From Amoebophrya sp. A120 (lineage: Eukaryota > Protista > Dinoflagellata), in the NCBI GenBank assembly GCA_905178155.1, contig CAJINV010000002.1, positions 8,389,224 through 8,453,223 on the forward strand: a DNA stretch of 64,000 nucleotides, written 5' to 3'. Shown piece after piece: positions 48,088 to 61,333 of this stretch (its first letter is position 1; each line of letters opens with the position of its first letter). The notes beneath the pieces are model-generated. The model did not search any database. It was not told where the DNA came from and saw only the letters and a program-made list of their open reading frames with translations. The translations under genes were made by a program, and so were the position numbers.

Positions 48088-51000
48088 TCATCGAAAAAGA
48101 GTTTTTTCTGGCTGCAAAAACAGACAAGTACGATCGGCGAATTCCTGGTAGTTGACTTGCATCCCGGCCCCTTTATCCTCGATGAGCATTTCCCAGAACT
48201 TGCGCTCGATGTTATCGTGTCGGCCCTGGTGCGTCAAGGAAAAGTTCATATAGGGGACGTCGGTTTCTCTGCGCAGGGCGTCGATGATATTCAGGAACTT
48301 CTCTTTCAACGGACTGCCGTTTGGCGCGAGCACTTCCTCTTCGAACACTTGCCCGTCCACCGGGAGCTCTGGCACGGTGCTCACGCCGAAGACCTGAGTC
48401 GTGGATGGTTTTGCCCGTCGAAACACAACAAATGACGAAATGGAAAAAAATCGCAAGACTTGTACTTACCAGGAGCGCGTGGCGCTCTTGACTATTTCAA
48501 ACGAGAATATCTTTTTACCCCTGATAGCCAGGCTGGGTCGACCTCCGCTCCGATAAAAAGCAGCATGCTATCCCCGTTTTCGAGAAGGAAGGCGCCGTTC
48601 GGTCTGAGGCTTGCACCAGTCAGTGGAAGCTTCTGCGGGAGGACCGTGAGGCCGTTTCTGTTTTGATTTCGATTGACAATCAACATGCAAATGCACGACG
48701 ACTAGATATACTTGTAGGAAAGAACTCGTCACTACTGTAGTGCAAAAATAACGCAGTCGTGTGGAAATACCAAACTGCAAAAATAAACGCTCGATCTTAA
48801 TAATCTTGAAGCGAAACCACGAAAGAAGTAAGTATAGGAGATACTCGTCCTCCACCCCGATAGGGTCTGACAAGTCGTCTACCGCGATCAGCCTTGGGAC
48901 AAACAAACTCGCGCATTTGTCGATGCCTATTGTGCTCAGCTTTGTCCAGGTCGCTGCTCGGACGTCAAACCGTAAATCGGGTCCGGGACCGGCGCGAAAC
49001 GCGTTCGATTTCAGGATGCCGAAGATGTACCTGCGAGCAGCGAGAAACACATTTTCTGGACGAGATAGTACTAGAGCACAAGAGTGGTTCGAAGACAAGG
49101 ACTGCTGCAATTGCAAAGTCGAAGACAACTCTTACGATAATAGAAAATTATGGAAAATAAAAAATACAGTGGCAAGAACGCGAAGTTTCCCTGGTCCTGA
49201 ATGTGTGCGGAGCTTTGTATCATGTGCGTGCAGCTGGAGGTCAAAAACGTCCTGGCCTCTTGCAGGGACTGCTTCAGCGCCCGGTCGACCGCGACGTGTG
49301 CGAGAATGGAGGCGGTGGTCTGCGGGTCGACGGACTGGACGAGCTCGGCGTGGTTGTTGCTGGCTACCATGCAGTAGGTCAACACGCGGATCCTTCTCTC
49401 TGCTTCGTGGTTCGTGTACAAGAGGGCCGCCTGGACGAAGCACTGCGAATCCACGACGGACACGTTGTCCTCCATTTCCACCGTTATTGCGAAGTTGAAA
49501 TCCCGATGGCAGTTCGGGACGGTCAGCAAGTCCTGACCGCGGATGAGCAGATGCCCGAAAAAGTGCGTGATCTTCCAGCCCTTCGACACCCGCACCCGCA
49601 TCACGGACTCCCACCCGGAGAACCGATTTATCACGTGCGTGATCTCTTGCCGGAGCTTGGCACCAAGGGTTTGGGGAGTAAAATTGTCGTAGAACCTGCA
49701 GCGAGTTTTGCGAAAACCATTGCGATCATTGAAGGTGTTCTACTTGAAGTCATTCAACCAGCAGACCTGGAGTCGCATTGTCATTGAATGTACCTACCTT
49801 CCTTGTTGCGTCACAAAAAATGATTGTAGTGGCCTGTACCTGACTTCCCCACCGGTGTACTGCGACACAAGCTTGATAGTCGCGACGTCAAAATAGGCTC
49901 TTGGAGCAATGAACAAATCGACAGACATCTGGTAGTAAATCAGCTTGTGAGCGAGCTCCTTGTAGTCCTCAGTCGCCTGTTGAAAATGTTGTTTCGCTTT
50001 CGTACCATAGTACATGATAAGGCAGGCAGAGGCACGCAAAGAACGCATACGTGAGACAGAGCTAATATGATCACTGGGAACTGTAACTGTAAAAACTGTA
50101 ACTGTAAGTAGAAGTTTCTATATGGTTTTTTGAAAGTGCTGCATGCGGTGGGGCTGGACTAGGAGAAAGAGAAAGTCAAATAGAAGTACAGGTCTCAAGA
50201 GCTCGACTTCTTTATCAGTTTGCTGTAATCTTGGATTTTCTCTGCCGGGTTTCAAAGCGCCCTCGGGTCCCAGGGTTGGAATGGTTGTGGCGAAAGCGAG
50301 GCATTTCCCGCCAACGTGCTTCATCGCCATGTAACTTCCCTTCAAAGCGGTTCCGAGGCCTGTTTATTTTGGATGTTGTTTTCTTGGATACTTCATCTTC
50401 TCCCAAACTCAATTCCATTGGACCAACAGGACCACAGATAAGACTGATACGGGTCGGAGGACTGCAGGCTACCCTGCTGGTCCAGCAGACTCAAATTGGT
50501 TTTTGTTTTACTATTTTGCAGCAATGACTACGACTAGCACTGGCATTATGCTCCCAGTCACACTAAATGCCGCTGAAAAATTGCTAGTCACAAGAAGTAG
50601 ATCTAGATCGAACCCTTTAAGTACATGATTCGTTGACTTTGTTGTCCCGGAACAGCGAAGGTATTGTGTCCAACAGTGTGCACAACTGGTCTAAATTTTC
50701 CGTCAGGTTCACCAGTATGTCGTCTGGGAGGGGTAAAAACAAGTCGTCCAAATCGGACACGACGACCATCTGGGAACTGGACAGGTTGGAATCCAGGTTG
50801 TAGTACTGTAACGACGCGTCGAAGGTTACTATCCCGCAAAGGGTTCGATCCCCACCCGGAACCTCGCCCTGCATGAGCGTGTTTTTTATGCCCTGGCAGG
50901 CCTCCTGCGTAAAGCCACTGGCGATGGCCTGCTGCGTGACCTCGATGAGGAAGAGGTAAACTGGCGGCTGCGGTGCCCGAACCATGTAGTCTCCGGTGGC

Positions 51001-52800
51001 GATAAACTCAACTGCACCGTTGGAAAGTTCAGGTCTTTCTGCTAAATCGGCACGCCTCCCATGCTCATCGACGGGGGCGTAGTATCTATATGAGTTAATC
51101 ATTTGATACACATCAGTAGAATATGCGTCAGTCGACATGGCCACTCGGCCTCGTGAAATGAAGCCAGCGAAGGAAGCGATTCATCGGAGGAGCGGTGTAA
51201 CATTCATAATCGTTCCTTTCGAGGAGCAGCTGCGTGCCATGCCAAAGAAATGGAAGGAAGCTATGTTTAAAGTGCAGAAGTAGTAGTAGTGGTACAGATT
51301 TGTCGTTTCGTTTGTGAAGCCGCACAAGTTGCACTTCCATCTTCTTCCGTTGTATTCCCACTGGACGAATGGATTTATGTAGGTCCTGCACTTCTTACAC
51401 CGCACTATTTGACCTGAAGTCATTGACATTTTACAGTCGCAGTCGTAAGGCTCAGAACCGAGGTTCCGCAGAAAGAAAAAAAAGTATCACCCCCGAGCCC
51501 GACGTGGACGTCTTGATACATTGCGGGAATTAAGACGAGCATGAACTCTTGCATGGATAGAAAACAGTCAGAATTTATACTGGTGGGTGACGCCGCCGCC
51601 GGCTGTCCCGGAGCGGGTTGTGGAGTGCCCGTCGTTTGCACCACTTTGATCTCCTCACAGCCAGGCGGTGGCGGGGCAAGCGGCTGGATCACGCAGCCGA
51701 GCGGAACGCCGACCTTCTGCTTCGCTCCCAGGGATTGCGGTACACGATTCATGGTTGGACGAATGAAGTGCTGTCCGCAGTTCAACCTGTTCGTTTTGGA
51801 TCGTGATTGAAGCAGTCAGGAGGGGCTGCTGACCAAGAATCTTTCATGGTCGTGCAGGTACATCTGGATCTGCACATGTTGGTACTCGCATAAATAAAGA
51901 TGAGCTCATTTAGATTTAGTACAACCACGAGCGACAATCACATGATTTAGATAAATCGAAATTCTTATTCGCACAAATCATAGTTGCAAGTACTCTTCTG
52001 CCTGCCTCAGCATGTCGGCATACATGTCTGCGGAGTTACCGCCGTACACATTTCCTCCGTGGCCGCCGCCCATTCCCATGGCACCGCCCATAGCTGGATT
52101 TACGGGTGTGCTACCAACATACTGCGGCTGTTGCTGCTCGTACTGCCCTGGGGCTGGTGGCCCTGTGGAGTTTGTTAGAACATTGTTTTTTTACGTTTGT
52201 TGATATTCGTCGTTCTGCTGTGCTACAACTGCAGCAGCTGCTCATCTGTTCTTTTGCTCGTCCCGCATGCAGCGAAATATAGAGCACCTCTGCAACGGAA
52301 ACGCTCCTCGAGAGGACATAAGCAGAAAGGCTGTAGAAACGACGAAAGGCATTTGCATTCCATGGTCCTCGTCGTTTTGATTTTATCGCTTTCCAAAACG
52401 ACAACAACATACCTGGTGGTGGCGGCGGTGGCGCTGCCGCTGCCTGCTGCGGTGGTGCCATGCCATATCCTCCTCCGTTCGCCTGCATTGGCGGCGCCTG
52501 CATGTTCGGGTTTTGGCCATACGGATCCGGACCCCCCATCGGCGGTGGGGCCATGCCGTAACCACCTTGCTGCGGCGGCTGCATTCCGTAGCCTCCTCCG
52601 GGCTGCGGTGGTGGCTGCGCGCCGTAAGGGTTACCTGCAGGCGGCGGTCCGCCTCCCATGGGTGGCGGTGGGCCGCCACCGGGCGCGGCGGCAACGCCAT
52701 TGCCGAAGGGGTTAGACGTTACATCGCCGCCAAAAGGATTTGTCGCTGCCTGTGGTTGCTGAGGTCCCCCGCCGCCAAATGGACCGCCGGGGTAGGCCAT
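48088..52800 (-). CDS. SEC24: COPII coat subunit Sec24 (multi-exon; traced introns are GT-AG; 3' end approximate)
   Basis: Pro/Gly/Gln-rich N-terminus, PLGCVIQPLA, IVRCKKCRTYINPF...WKCNLCG, RPELSNGAVEFIA..YMVR, GWESVMRVRVSKG, QAALLYT...RRIRV, LIEDK. Confidence 0.93.
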
Positions 52801-53897
52801 AATTACGGTGGGAAGTCAGCGTGAGAAAATTCACCGATATCCTTTTAGTGGACCACCAAAATTCTGAGCAAGTTACAACATGATTGCTAGCACACTTCTT
52901 CTGTGTTGTCGACAAAGTTCTTGTTCTACTTCATCTCATTCCATACTTGCGCTACAACTACTAAAAAAACTAGAACTTAAACTGTGCTATCACTAAAGGT
53001 AACTTTTTCAACGTCTACACACATTATGTTTAAGTATTTCATATAGCTACAGGTACGATGTTCTATCTTTTTGCTGTCCGGAGAAACAGGGCTTACAATA
53101 TTAGTAACTTGGAAAAAGAAAAAGTGAAAAGGAAAACTCACCCTAGAGAAGCATCATTATCTTCACTACAAGAGATGATCACCAGCACCTTCGTGGTGCT
53201 TTATTTGAGATTCAGAGCTTGAGCTTCTTTGTTGTATGATGTGCCAGAAGTTGAGCGCGAGCGGTTTAGTTTTTGTTTCTGGTTTTCCTTGCGGTCGTTG
53301 CGGTCTTCGCATCGGCCGCGAAGAGCTTCTCATCTGGAAAGATGTCGCGACTAAACTACGAGAACATACAAATATTAGCAGCTGGATGCGTTGAGGACAG
53401 GTTTTCTTTCTCTTTCCTGGCCGCGCGAGCGCGTCTAGGTACAGACAACTTGATTCTTCTGTTGTTTTTCTATTCTCTTTGGACAATGACAACTCTTGTC
53501 GTAGTTGTCGTGTTGGCAAGCTTTGGCACGCGAAAACGTGACGGATATCCCGCCAGAGTGCAATATTAAAAGTAAGTAAGTAAGTAGTTGGCAGCGGGCC
53601 CGCCTTTGGTGGATGATGCTCAGAAAAAACCTGCGTCATGATGGGCCTGCGCGTTCCCCCTCGTCGAATGCAATAGCTACACAAATCTCGAAAAAAACCC
53701 ATGAGGATCGCGCGTCCCTCCCCTTCCGCTTCCCTTCAAGAACCATCAAAAAAGCACTACGACCGTTGCAATTTCAAACGTAATCATCTATCATAGTCGG
53801 CTAAACATGAAATTGGCAGCTTGCTTGCGCTCCAATATTCTTGTGCTATGGCATTGACATTCACTTCGTCCCCAATCCCATCGCAAGACAGACATCC

Positions 53898-56786
53898 TTA
53901 CAACTCCGTGCTCTGCGTTGTCTGCACCAGGTTTCCGCAGCACGACAGGCGCTTCATTGCCGGGTAGTGCCTGCAGGTGCAGCCCTATCAAAATGAAAAT
54001 CCCCCCGCCCCACATCAAAACGAAGTCTGTGACGCTGGATTTGCGTACACAAATCAGACTTGTCTTGCTGGAGAGGACTGCAGGCCCATGCCAGGCCTGA
54101 GTAGGAAGGTTTTGGGCTAGGCTCTTAGCATGAGAAACGTCTGCGCTGTAGGCCCAGCAGCATCACAAACCGCCTGCATAATGCGGCGGAGCCTGTGGAG
54201 TTGCCTTTTTGCAGCACAGAGATGATTTGTGGTCGCAAATCAGCATTGCAAATTTTCTGCGACGTACCTTTTCGATATGGGGAGGGGGGATTTTTCTCCT
54301 TGATAAGCCCTGCTGACAAGCGATCGGGAATGCTGGTTGTACGGGGGCGCGGGTAATTATCGCCAGAAAAAACTGTTTCACTGTGAACTTGTGATGCAGA
54401 GAACGGAACGCAAATGTGTTTGTCTTGCTACACATGCACGACATTGGATTTTTAGCTGTGTTTTCCCTTAGGAAGCACGCATGCCAAGTTTTCTTTGTCA
54501 TGTGTAGCAAACTTGTGATGCAGATCTTGCAAAATCATCACAGTGAAACAGTTTTTTCGTGGGATAGTAATGCTGACATCGTCAATAGCGACACCCTCGC
54601 CGGCCTTCGTGAAATCTCCCAAAATTTTCAGCTTTGTGAGCCCGTTCAGGGTAGCGGCAATCTTGAGATTATTTGTGTTTCTGGCATAGTTCTTTACTTC
54701 GTTTTGTAATAACGACAACCATAACGAGAAGTCGAGAAGACACAAGCACAAGAATCAGTTTGCTACAAAGGATGCTTTATGGACAAAATTTTTCTTCATT
54801 GCGGCTGTACTTGTACAGCAAGAAATGTACCTCGCACTCGGTTGCGCTGGTGAAGGGGAGCGCTCCGTTCAGCGGGTCCCTGACCCAAGAGTTTCCGCTC
54901 CTGATTTCTAGCTCGATCGTGGTCTCCTCCCCGTGCCACTTGAAAAATGCGTCCACTTGCCGCACAATCCGCAGACCTTTTCCGTCGTTGCACGAGGCGC
55001 ATTCTAGCACGACCCAGTTTAAGGCTGGCGGCTCGTTGAGGTAGTCAAAGTCTCCGTAGGTTGCCTGGGTTTGTCATTGAGTTTTCATTTACTGTGTTTC
55101 CCATCAAGTGCCAACACTATGAAAAACTTCACATGAAACACAAGCACCTTGTCGTGTCAGCGCCAGCCTCCTCCTGCTGCACGATAGAAAAAAAAAATGA
55201 CGATGTACTACCTTGACAGTGAATCGCATTGTCCCGCCGTAGGACGCTGCCATATCTTGCGAAGAGTAGGATTGCGGTGCAACAAAGTACCAGCTTTGTC
55301 TATCCACGCCCGTAACGAAGTCTACATATTGGACTTCATCGGTACCATAGATGTACCTGACAGGTTCGTTTTCTTTGCTTGCCGTCTTCATCATGCACTA
55401 GATAGCAATTGATAGCGTCTTCTGCCTCTCCTGCAACCGTCTCTCTTCAGGACCATAACCTTTGCAAGTATACGTAGTTATCCTTATAGGACAGCCATGA
55501 AGCAGATAAAGACTAAAATGCGGTGCCTAGTCTCGATATACCGGTTTAACTTCCCCCACGCATAAGGCTGGTGCACGGGCGTGCTCTGCAGCAAGTTGCC
55601 CTCTATGGTCCACCCGTCTGACCCGGACACGAAGGAGGAGCCTACAATAGTGCCGGCAGCGTTTGCCAAAACGCAGCGACCCCTCTCGGATTCGATGTTG
55701 GAGGTGGTGTCTTTTACAACGTAGGAGAACGACGCCCAACGACCGACGGGAGCGAAAACCTGTGTCACGCCATGGTTGACGTTGGAATGCGCTACGGCTA
55801 CTTGGCGGAGCATGCAAACTGTACGATTGACTTAGATCTGCAACGAGGTGGAATGATGCGGATGGGCAAAAGAGCCACAAAAAAGCAGCCACATTTTTAC
55901 GTTTGCCGGCGGAATGTAGGCCACTCGATAGAGTTGGTCTGTCACCAGAAAAGGAAGTTGGTGTCCCTGGATTGGTGTTGGAGCGTTTTTCGGCTCAGAC
56001 CCATAAGAACGAAAGTTCTGACTCGTTTCGTACCTTTATGTTTGTTGCCATTGTTCTTCGTTCTTGTGCACGAATATGGTACCAGTGGTTGCAGCACAGG
56101 GCAACACGCACCCAGTTGGACGCACAACCAACGCACCATTTTTGATATTTGTTTTGCCCCAGCAAAGTATCGGCATGAAGTTGAAAACCTATTCGTACAA
56201 AAGGACTTTATTTTACAATTTTCCCACTTCCGGCAAACTCGTGATGTAATATTCCAAGGGGTGGTTATTCTCCTCGTACCCACTTAGCTGCGCTATACCG
56301 GGCCGATTTACCTCGAATTTGAATGACAATGAACCACATAGACAGAAAACGAAGAGACCAAGCCACGAATGCGTGTTAGTGTTTCCGTGGAGCAACGCAT
56401 GACAAAAACAAATCAGGCAGCAAACCTCTCACCTCGACGTTAAACGCAACGTGCCTTGCGATGGGGTTTGACACGTAAGTCGGCGGATACAAGTTATTCA
56501 AATCGGCTCTTACTGGTGAGAGGGCAATGTTGTGTAAAATCACCGCCGCTGCAGCCGCCGTCTTTACTGATCGACGGAAATGTTTTGTGGTCGCGGCCGG
56601 CATGACTACGCCGGTGTTTTTCCTGGGAGTCCTTGTGGCCGCTGTCAAATATTGCCGACACCGGCTGCTGCTGCTGGAGCTGTTACTTGACGAAGGCCTA
56701 GTCATTTTCAGTTTCTCGTGTCCGGGGGACGGACGATGAGCAGGCCGTGCCTCTTCAATGCTGTGCAGAACTGCAACGTCGTCCAT
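53898..56786 (-). CDS. Secreted laminin IV (laminin B)-like domain protein; GT-AG introns plus two introners
   Basis: Signal-like segment before ADLNNLYPP; DGWTIEGN, WYFVAP...SYGGTMRFTV, LKILGDF...VAIDDVSI resemble the laminin IV domain; Cys-rich C-terminus. Confidence 0.7.
53986..54305 (-). mobile_element. Introner-like non-canonical intron, family D
   Basis: TIR tatcaaaatgaaaatccccccgccccacatc / gatatggggaggggggatttttctccttgata; TSD agccc. Removal gives ACQQG|CTCRH. Confidence 0.9.
54358..54566 (-). mobile_element. Introner-like non-canonical intron, family H
   Basis: TIR tatcgccagaaaaaactgtttcactgtga / tcacagtgaaacagttttttcgtgggata; TSD gtaat. Removal gives DDVSIT|RAPVQ. Confidence 0.88.
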
Positions 56787-57283
56787 TCTTTTACTCCTTA
56801 GAAGACATCAGCGTCAAGAGAAGACCGTAAAAATGAATGTAAAGAAGTAAAAAAATAATGAGAAAAAAAGCTCCCGCGTAAAAGGGTGGCGTAGCAGCCG
56901 TGGTCGCTCGATGTTTTTTTCTCACTTGCCATGCTCTCATTCAACTGGCTCGCCTTCGCTCAGGAAGCCAAATTACAAAAGAGACGCAGAACAAGCAGAG
57001 GAGCTTCACAAGATATCCAGAAAAATGCGTGACAGCGGGTCGCTAGTATATCGGTTCGCACTGAGGATGTTCGTGTTGTGTCGTCAATGAGTCGGGTGAT
57101 AGATGATCATTTCGAAAGTTCTTGGAGATTTGTTTTCTTCCTTGGCGGAGATGGGCTGTAAATAAGCCACTTGTTTGAAAAATTCGTTTGTTCACTTTTC
57201 CTTTCTTCATCTTTGTCCACAAGAAACTTTCGCATTAGCGCCATCAAATATTGCCGCTTGGAGGTGGAGAGCAGCCGTCGCAT

Positions 57284-58945
57284 CTACAGCTTCACGCTCA
57301 CACTTGCCTTCAGCAAGCCGGCCGCCTTCAAGGTCGCTACTTTGTCGATAATCGGTTTTGGTGGGAAGCCCTCGAGAAGTTTGAATTCAGACACCCCTGT
57401 GCACTCCTCCACGAACTTGTACAGGTCAGAAACCAAAGCGTCTTCGTTGAATTCCTAAAATTTTAAGTTTAACGGTATTCGAATGCAGTGGACGTGGAAG
57501 TATTTGTGGTGCAGCCCGTGTACATAGTCTCACGCATTGCTATGAGCTCGCCGCGATCCTAGACAGCCTCTAAAATAGAAGCAATCACAATCAAGAAGTT
57601 GCTGCCATGGTTTCATTATACTTCCCTGTCAAATCAAAAACTTTATAAATTCGCATTCGATCCACAATTGAATAGTTACCTGCGTTTGCCTCCTCCCATC
57701 TCCGAATCGGATCATGATCGTTGTTTTTGGCTTCCCCTCGTCAATGTCTACGGAGCCCGTTCCCGTTGCGGTCGGGCCCGCTGTAGCGCCTTGGCTGAGG
57801 TCTGTGTAAGTGGATTTTTTGTGTGCAGTGGATTTTTGTTTTGTATTTAGGAGTTGCGGCTAATGCGGAACACAGAGTCTGTTTTTGCTAAGAAGTTTAT
57901 GGTGGGACATCAAAACTGTAAACTGACGACAAGATGATCTACATTTTGAAGATTCTATTTTTCTAAGTAAATTATCTAGTACCTGCCGTCCCCGGCTTAA
58001 TGGGGTTGTAGTTTGAGCTGCTGCTTTGCCCTCCGCTGACGCCGCCCGTTTGCGCGTCGGCGTATTTCGCTGGTCTTTTATCCACGACGGCGATGTGGAC
58101 AGCGGATCCGTCTGCCATTTTTAGTTCCTCCGGCGCAATACCCTGCTGGATGTCGTCGACGAATTTTTTGTTCGCGGGATCAATGGTCGCCCGGAAGTAT
58201 CCTGAGTAAAAACGTACCCACAGCAGAGTCAGGATGAGGATTTTGCAACACAAACCTAGGAGTTTTGTGAGTCACGCGCAACAAGTTGCACTATGCAGTG
58301 TAGTGCAGGTTAGCAAGTGCAGCCGCATCACAGATTCATCGGCTCATCCTGTTCACAGCATCACAAATTCCAAAACACGATTGGAAATGGCTCTCATGGG
58401 GATGCGCATTACAAGTCTTCCTGTCTTCGCAAATCTGCATTACAACTCTGGTGTGGGTACGTTTTTACTCAGGATAGGAAGGGGCCGTTGTTTATCGTGA
58501 ATCCGTCAGCGTACAGCGTCACAGTTGCGGATCCTTCCGGCAACGGGCCCCCGTCCGTTACCGCACCGGCAGCTCTGGCGGCGGCAAATGCATCATTTGC
58601 GTCACCACCGCCCTCTTGACCAGGCTGGAACACGGCCATGCTGTGAGTGATTTATGTACATTCATTGAGTGTACGTTAAATCGCTCGTCTCTACTTACGA
58701 GCTTCTTGCAGATCTTGCCAGAGTCAGCAATTCAAACAACGGCAGAAATAGTACTATAGCATCTGCGCCTACAACCGAGTCGGCCAACTTTCGCACCACA
58801 CCCGTACTAAAGTCACAATGTTCAAAAAGCCAAAGCGCTACCCGCTCCTCTCCCCGCCAGAGTAGCTTTCGACGCCCTTTTTTCCTTTTTTGCCGCCGCC
58901 CTTTGCCGCGTCCTGTTCGCGGCGCATGTCTGCCATCGTCCTCAT
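57284..58945 (-). CDS. NSFL1C: p47/Shp1-type p97 cofactor (SEP + UBX domains)
   Basis: YSGGERSG|MAV; SEP domain TVTLYADGFTINNGPF|RATIDPANKKFVDDIQQGIAPEEL; UBX domain GFPPKPI...LKAAGL. Confidence 0.85.
58198..58476 (-). mobile_element. Introner-like non-canonical intron, family G (young copy)
   Basis: 25-bp perfect TIR tatcctgagtaaaaacgtacccaca; perfect TSD ggaag. Removal gives NGPF|RATID. Confidence 0.93.
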
Positions 58946-61110
58946 GGTGGGCAAATGAATGTCGCGGTGAACAACAAAGACCTCAAACTTCCACCGCGAA
59001 TAAGATTATCTTCAACTACAATCGAACAGGCCCAGACCAGAATCAGAAAACAGGGAGAGAAGAAGGAAAAACGAAAATGGCTGCGTCTTGCTTCCTACTA
59101 GGTCGTATGGGTATGCCTGCGAACATTCAACATAAAGGAAAGCGATTTGATTTAGAACTTCTTGTCTTCACAGAAACACAGCCTCTTGTACATATGTAGT
59201 GATTCAATGGATTTACTCTATTAGATTCGGCTTCGCTGATGAAATCGTTGTAACCGGGTAGATACTTATGCAAGGTTTACCTTGTTATCGGAATTTCACT
59301 TTATTTGTATTTCAGAGTATTTCGAATTTGCGATAGATTCATTGTCTAGACGATATGTTCATCATCCTCATCAACATGGATGTGATAGCAATCCTGCGGG
59401 ATTGTATTTTGTGCGACCGAGTTGTATTTTGACAGTTGAATGATTCCAGATGTGCAGGTGGCTTCTATTCGGTAGGAGAAGGAATCCAACATGATCGAAC
59501 ACTTTTGCTTTTCTTTGCGATATTGTCATACGAGGGAAACCTCGAAAACCAGAACAAGGATGGATAAAGTCGAGTAAGCTCCACTTTTATATTCTGATTT
59601 CTCCGACAATGAAAATCATAATCTAAAACGAAAACAGCTTGCTTGAGCTAGTTTCCCGTGGCCGTGGTCGCATTCAAATAATTCGTGCTCCGTTCTTTCG
59701 AGATCGATATTATGGAAATGTTGGTGAACCTACAGTCGTCTCCCTCTTTGGTCTGACAACGTACAACTAGGAAGTATAGGCGCATCCGAAAAATAAATGC
59801 TACAGAAAATTGGAAAGGCATGGTGGAGTAGTTGAAAAGTGAAGACTGTCGCAATACGGCCCCACGTAGAAGGATCATGAAAACGACTTTGATTTCCGCG
59901 ACCCCGCTAGCGCTCGATGCTCCGCTACAACATAAAAGAGGCTCTAATTATAGCGATAGGCTGTGGCACCGGCACGTACCAGATTTTGCTTCGATTATTG
60001 GACTTTATCATCACTAATTTTAGGCTGTGACTTTATCCTGTGGACGTGCTAGAAGGAGATGTCACAGTCACTAAGAGTAAGACGATTTCATGCAACAAGC
60101 AGAGAGAGCTGCGCGAACGACGCAAGATGATTTTGTTGACAGACTCTACTTTGCACCTTTGATAGAAATATGAAGGTTCGCGTGTTGTCATCAACAACAT
60201 CTGTCGTCGCGGCCGCATTACACTAGGGCTCCGCGCCGCCCGGTGCTACTGCTCTACTTTGAGATTCGTGACACGAACCTCAAAGTTTCCGTATGCTGAA
60301 GCAGCGTAGCATGGCCAGGGTAGTTGTTCCCCGTTTCGGAGCGATGGAGCCCGTCAAAGGCAGCGAGGTGCCATCTATTGTAATTAGCTCAACATTAATG
60401 CATGGCTCTTTTGAATAATTGCTAGTCACGGCATTCTGGCTGCACAACCACGAAATGGATGGGACCACGAATTGCAGAGGCTTAGGCTTTTGTTAATACA
60501 TGACACGGGTAACGGGCAGGAATCACCAAGGCAAAAACTGCATCATCCGTGGAGCAGCATCTGCTTTAGTAGTGTATTCATATTCTCGAGTCGTACCACA
60601 TCAAGTGGAATAGGGTCAGGCTTGTTGGCATTTGTATTTATTGCATACAATTTCAATTATTTTTTTCTACCGGTGATGATGTCGTTCGTCTAGCAGGTCG
60701 ACTAAAAATACAGTCGTCATTAATATCAATTGTAAAGGGTACATGTACACCTATCGGTTGTACGAAAATAAATAGGAGTACGGCTCTCAATATATAACGC
60801 TGCTTTTCGTCATCATTCGCGTCATTAATATTTACAGTAAGTTGTCGGAGTAAACACAACACTATATGCGTTTTATGTTGCATCTTCAAATTTTTGAAAT
60901 GACTTTATCGACGCTGAAGTAGAGCTCTATCAAAGACTGCCACGGCTGCTACAGCAAGTTTTTCAGCTGTGTCAAGACAGTGGCAGAAGTAGCGGTTGCG
61001 GTCCATTGACCTCTGGAAGATTGACTAGGCTTCAGTTCGTTCTCCATTCTTTTCGTTTTGACATAAGAATCGTCGTGTGGTAACTGTATTTCCCAATATA
61101 TAATACGTAA

Positions 61111-61333
61111 GAGCGGGGTAACAAATTAAGATGATTTGTGGCCATCCCACTTTTCACCCGCCCGGCCGGGTGGGTGAAAAGTGGGACGGAACCGGATCCA
61201 CGCGTACGCGAACGGAGAAAAGCAAGGTCCGGCCAGTCGGTCCGGATCCTGGTTCTGTCCCACTTTCCACCCACCCGGCTGGGTGGGTGAAAAGTGGGAT
61301 GACCACAAATCGTTTTAATTTGTTACCCCGCTC
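61111..61333. mobile_element. Tourist/PIF-Harbinger-like MITE with nested hairpins
   Basis: About 88-bp imperfect TIRs (gagcggggtaacaaatt... / ...aatttgttaccccgctc) flanked by TAA on both sides; each arm contains its own palindrome tcccacttttcaccc..gggtgaaaagtggga. Confidence 0.85.
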
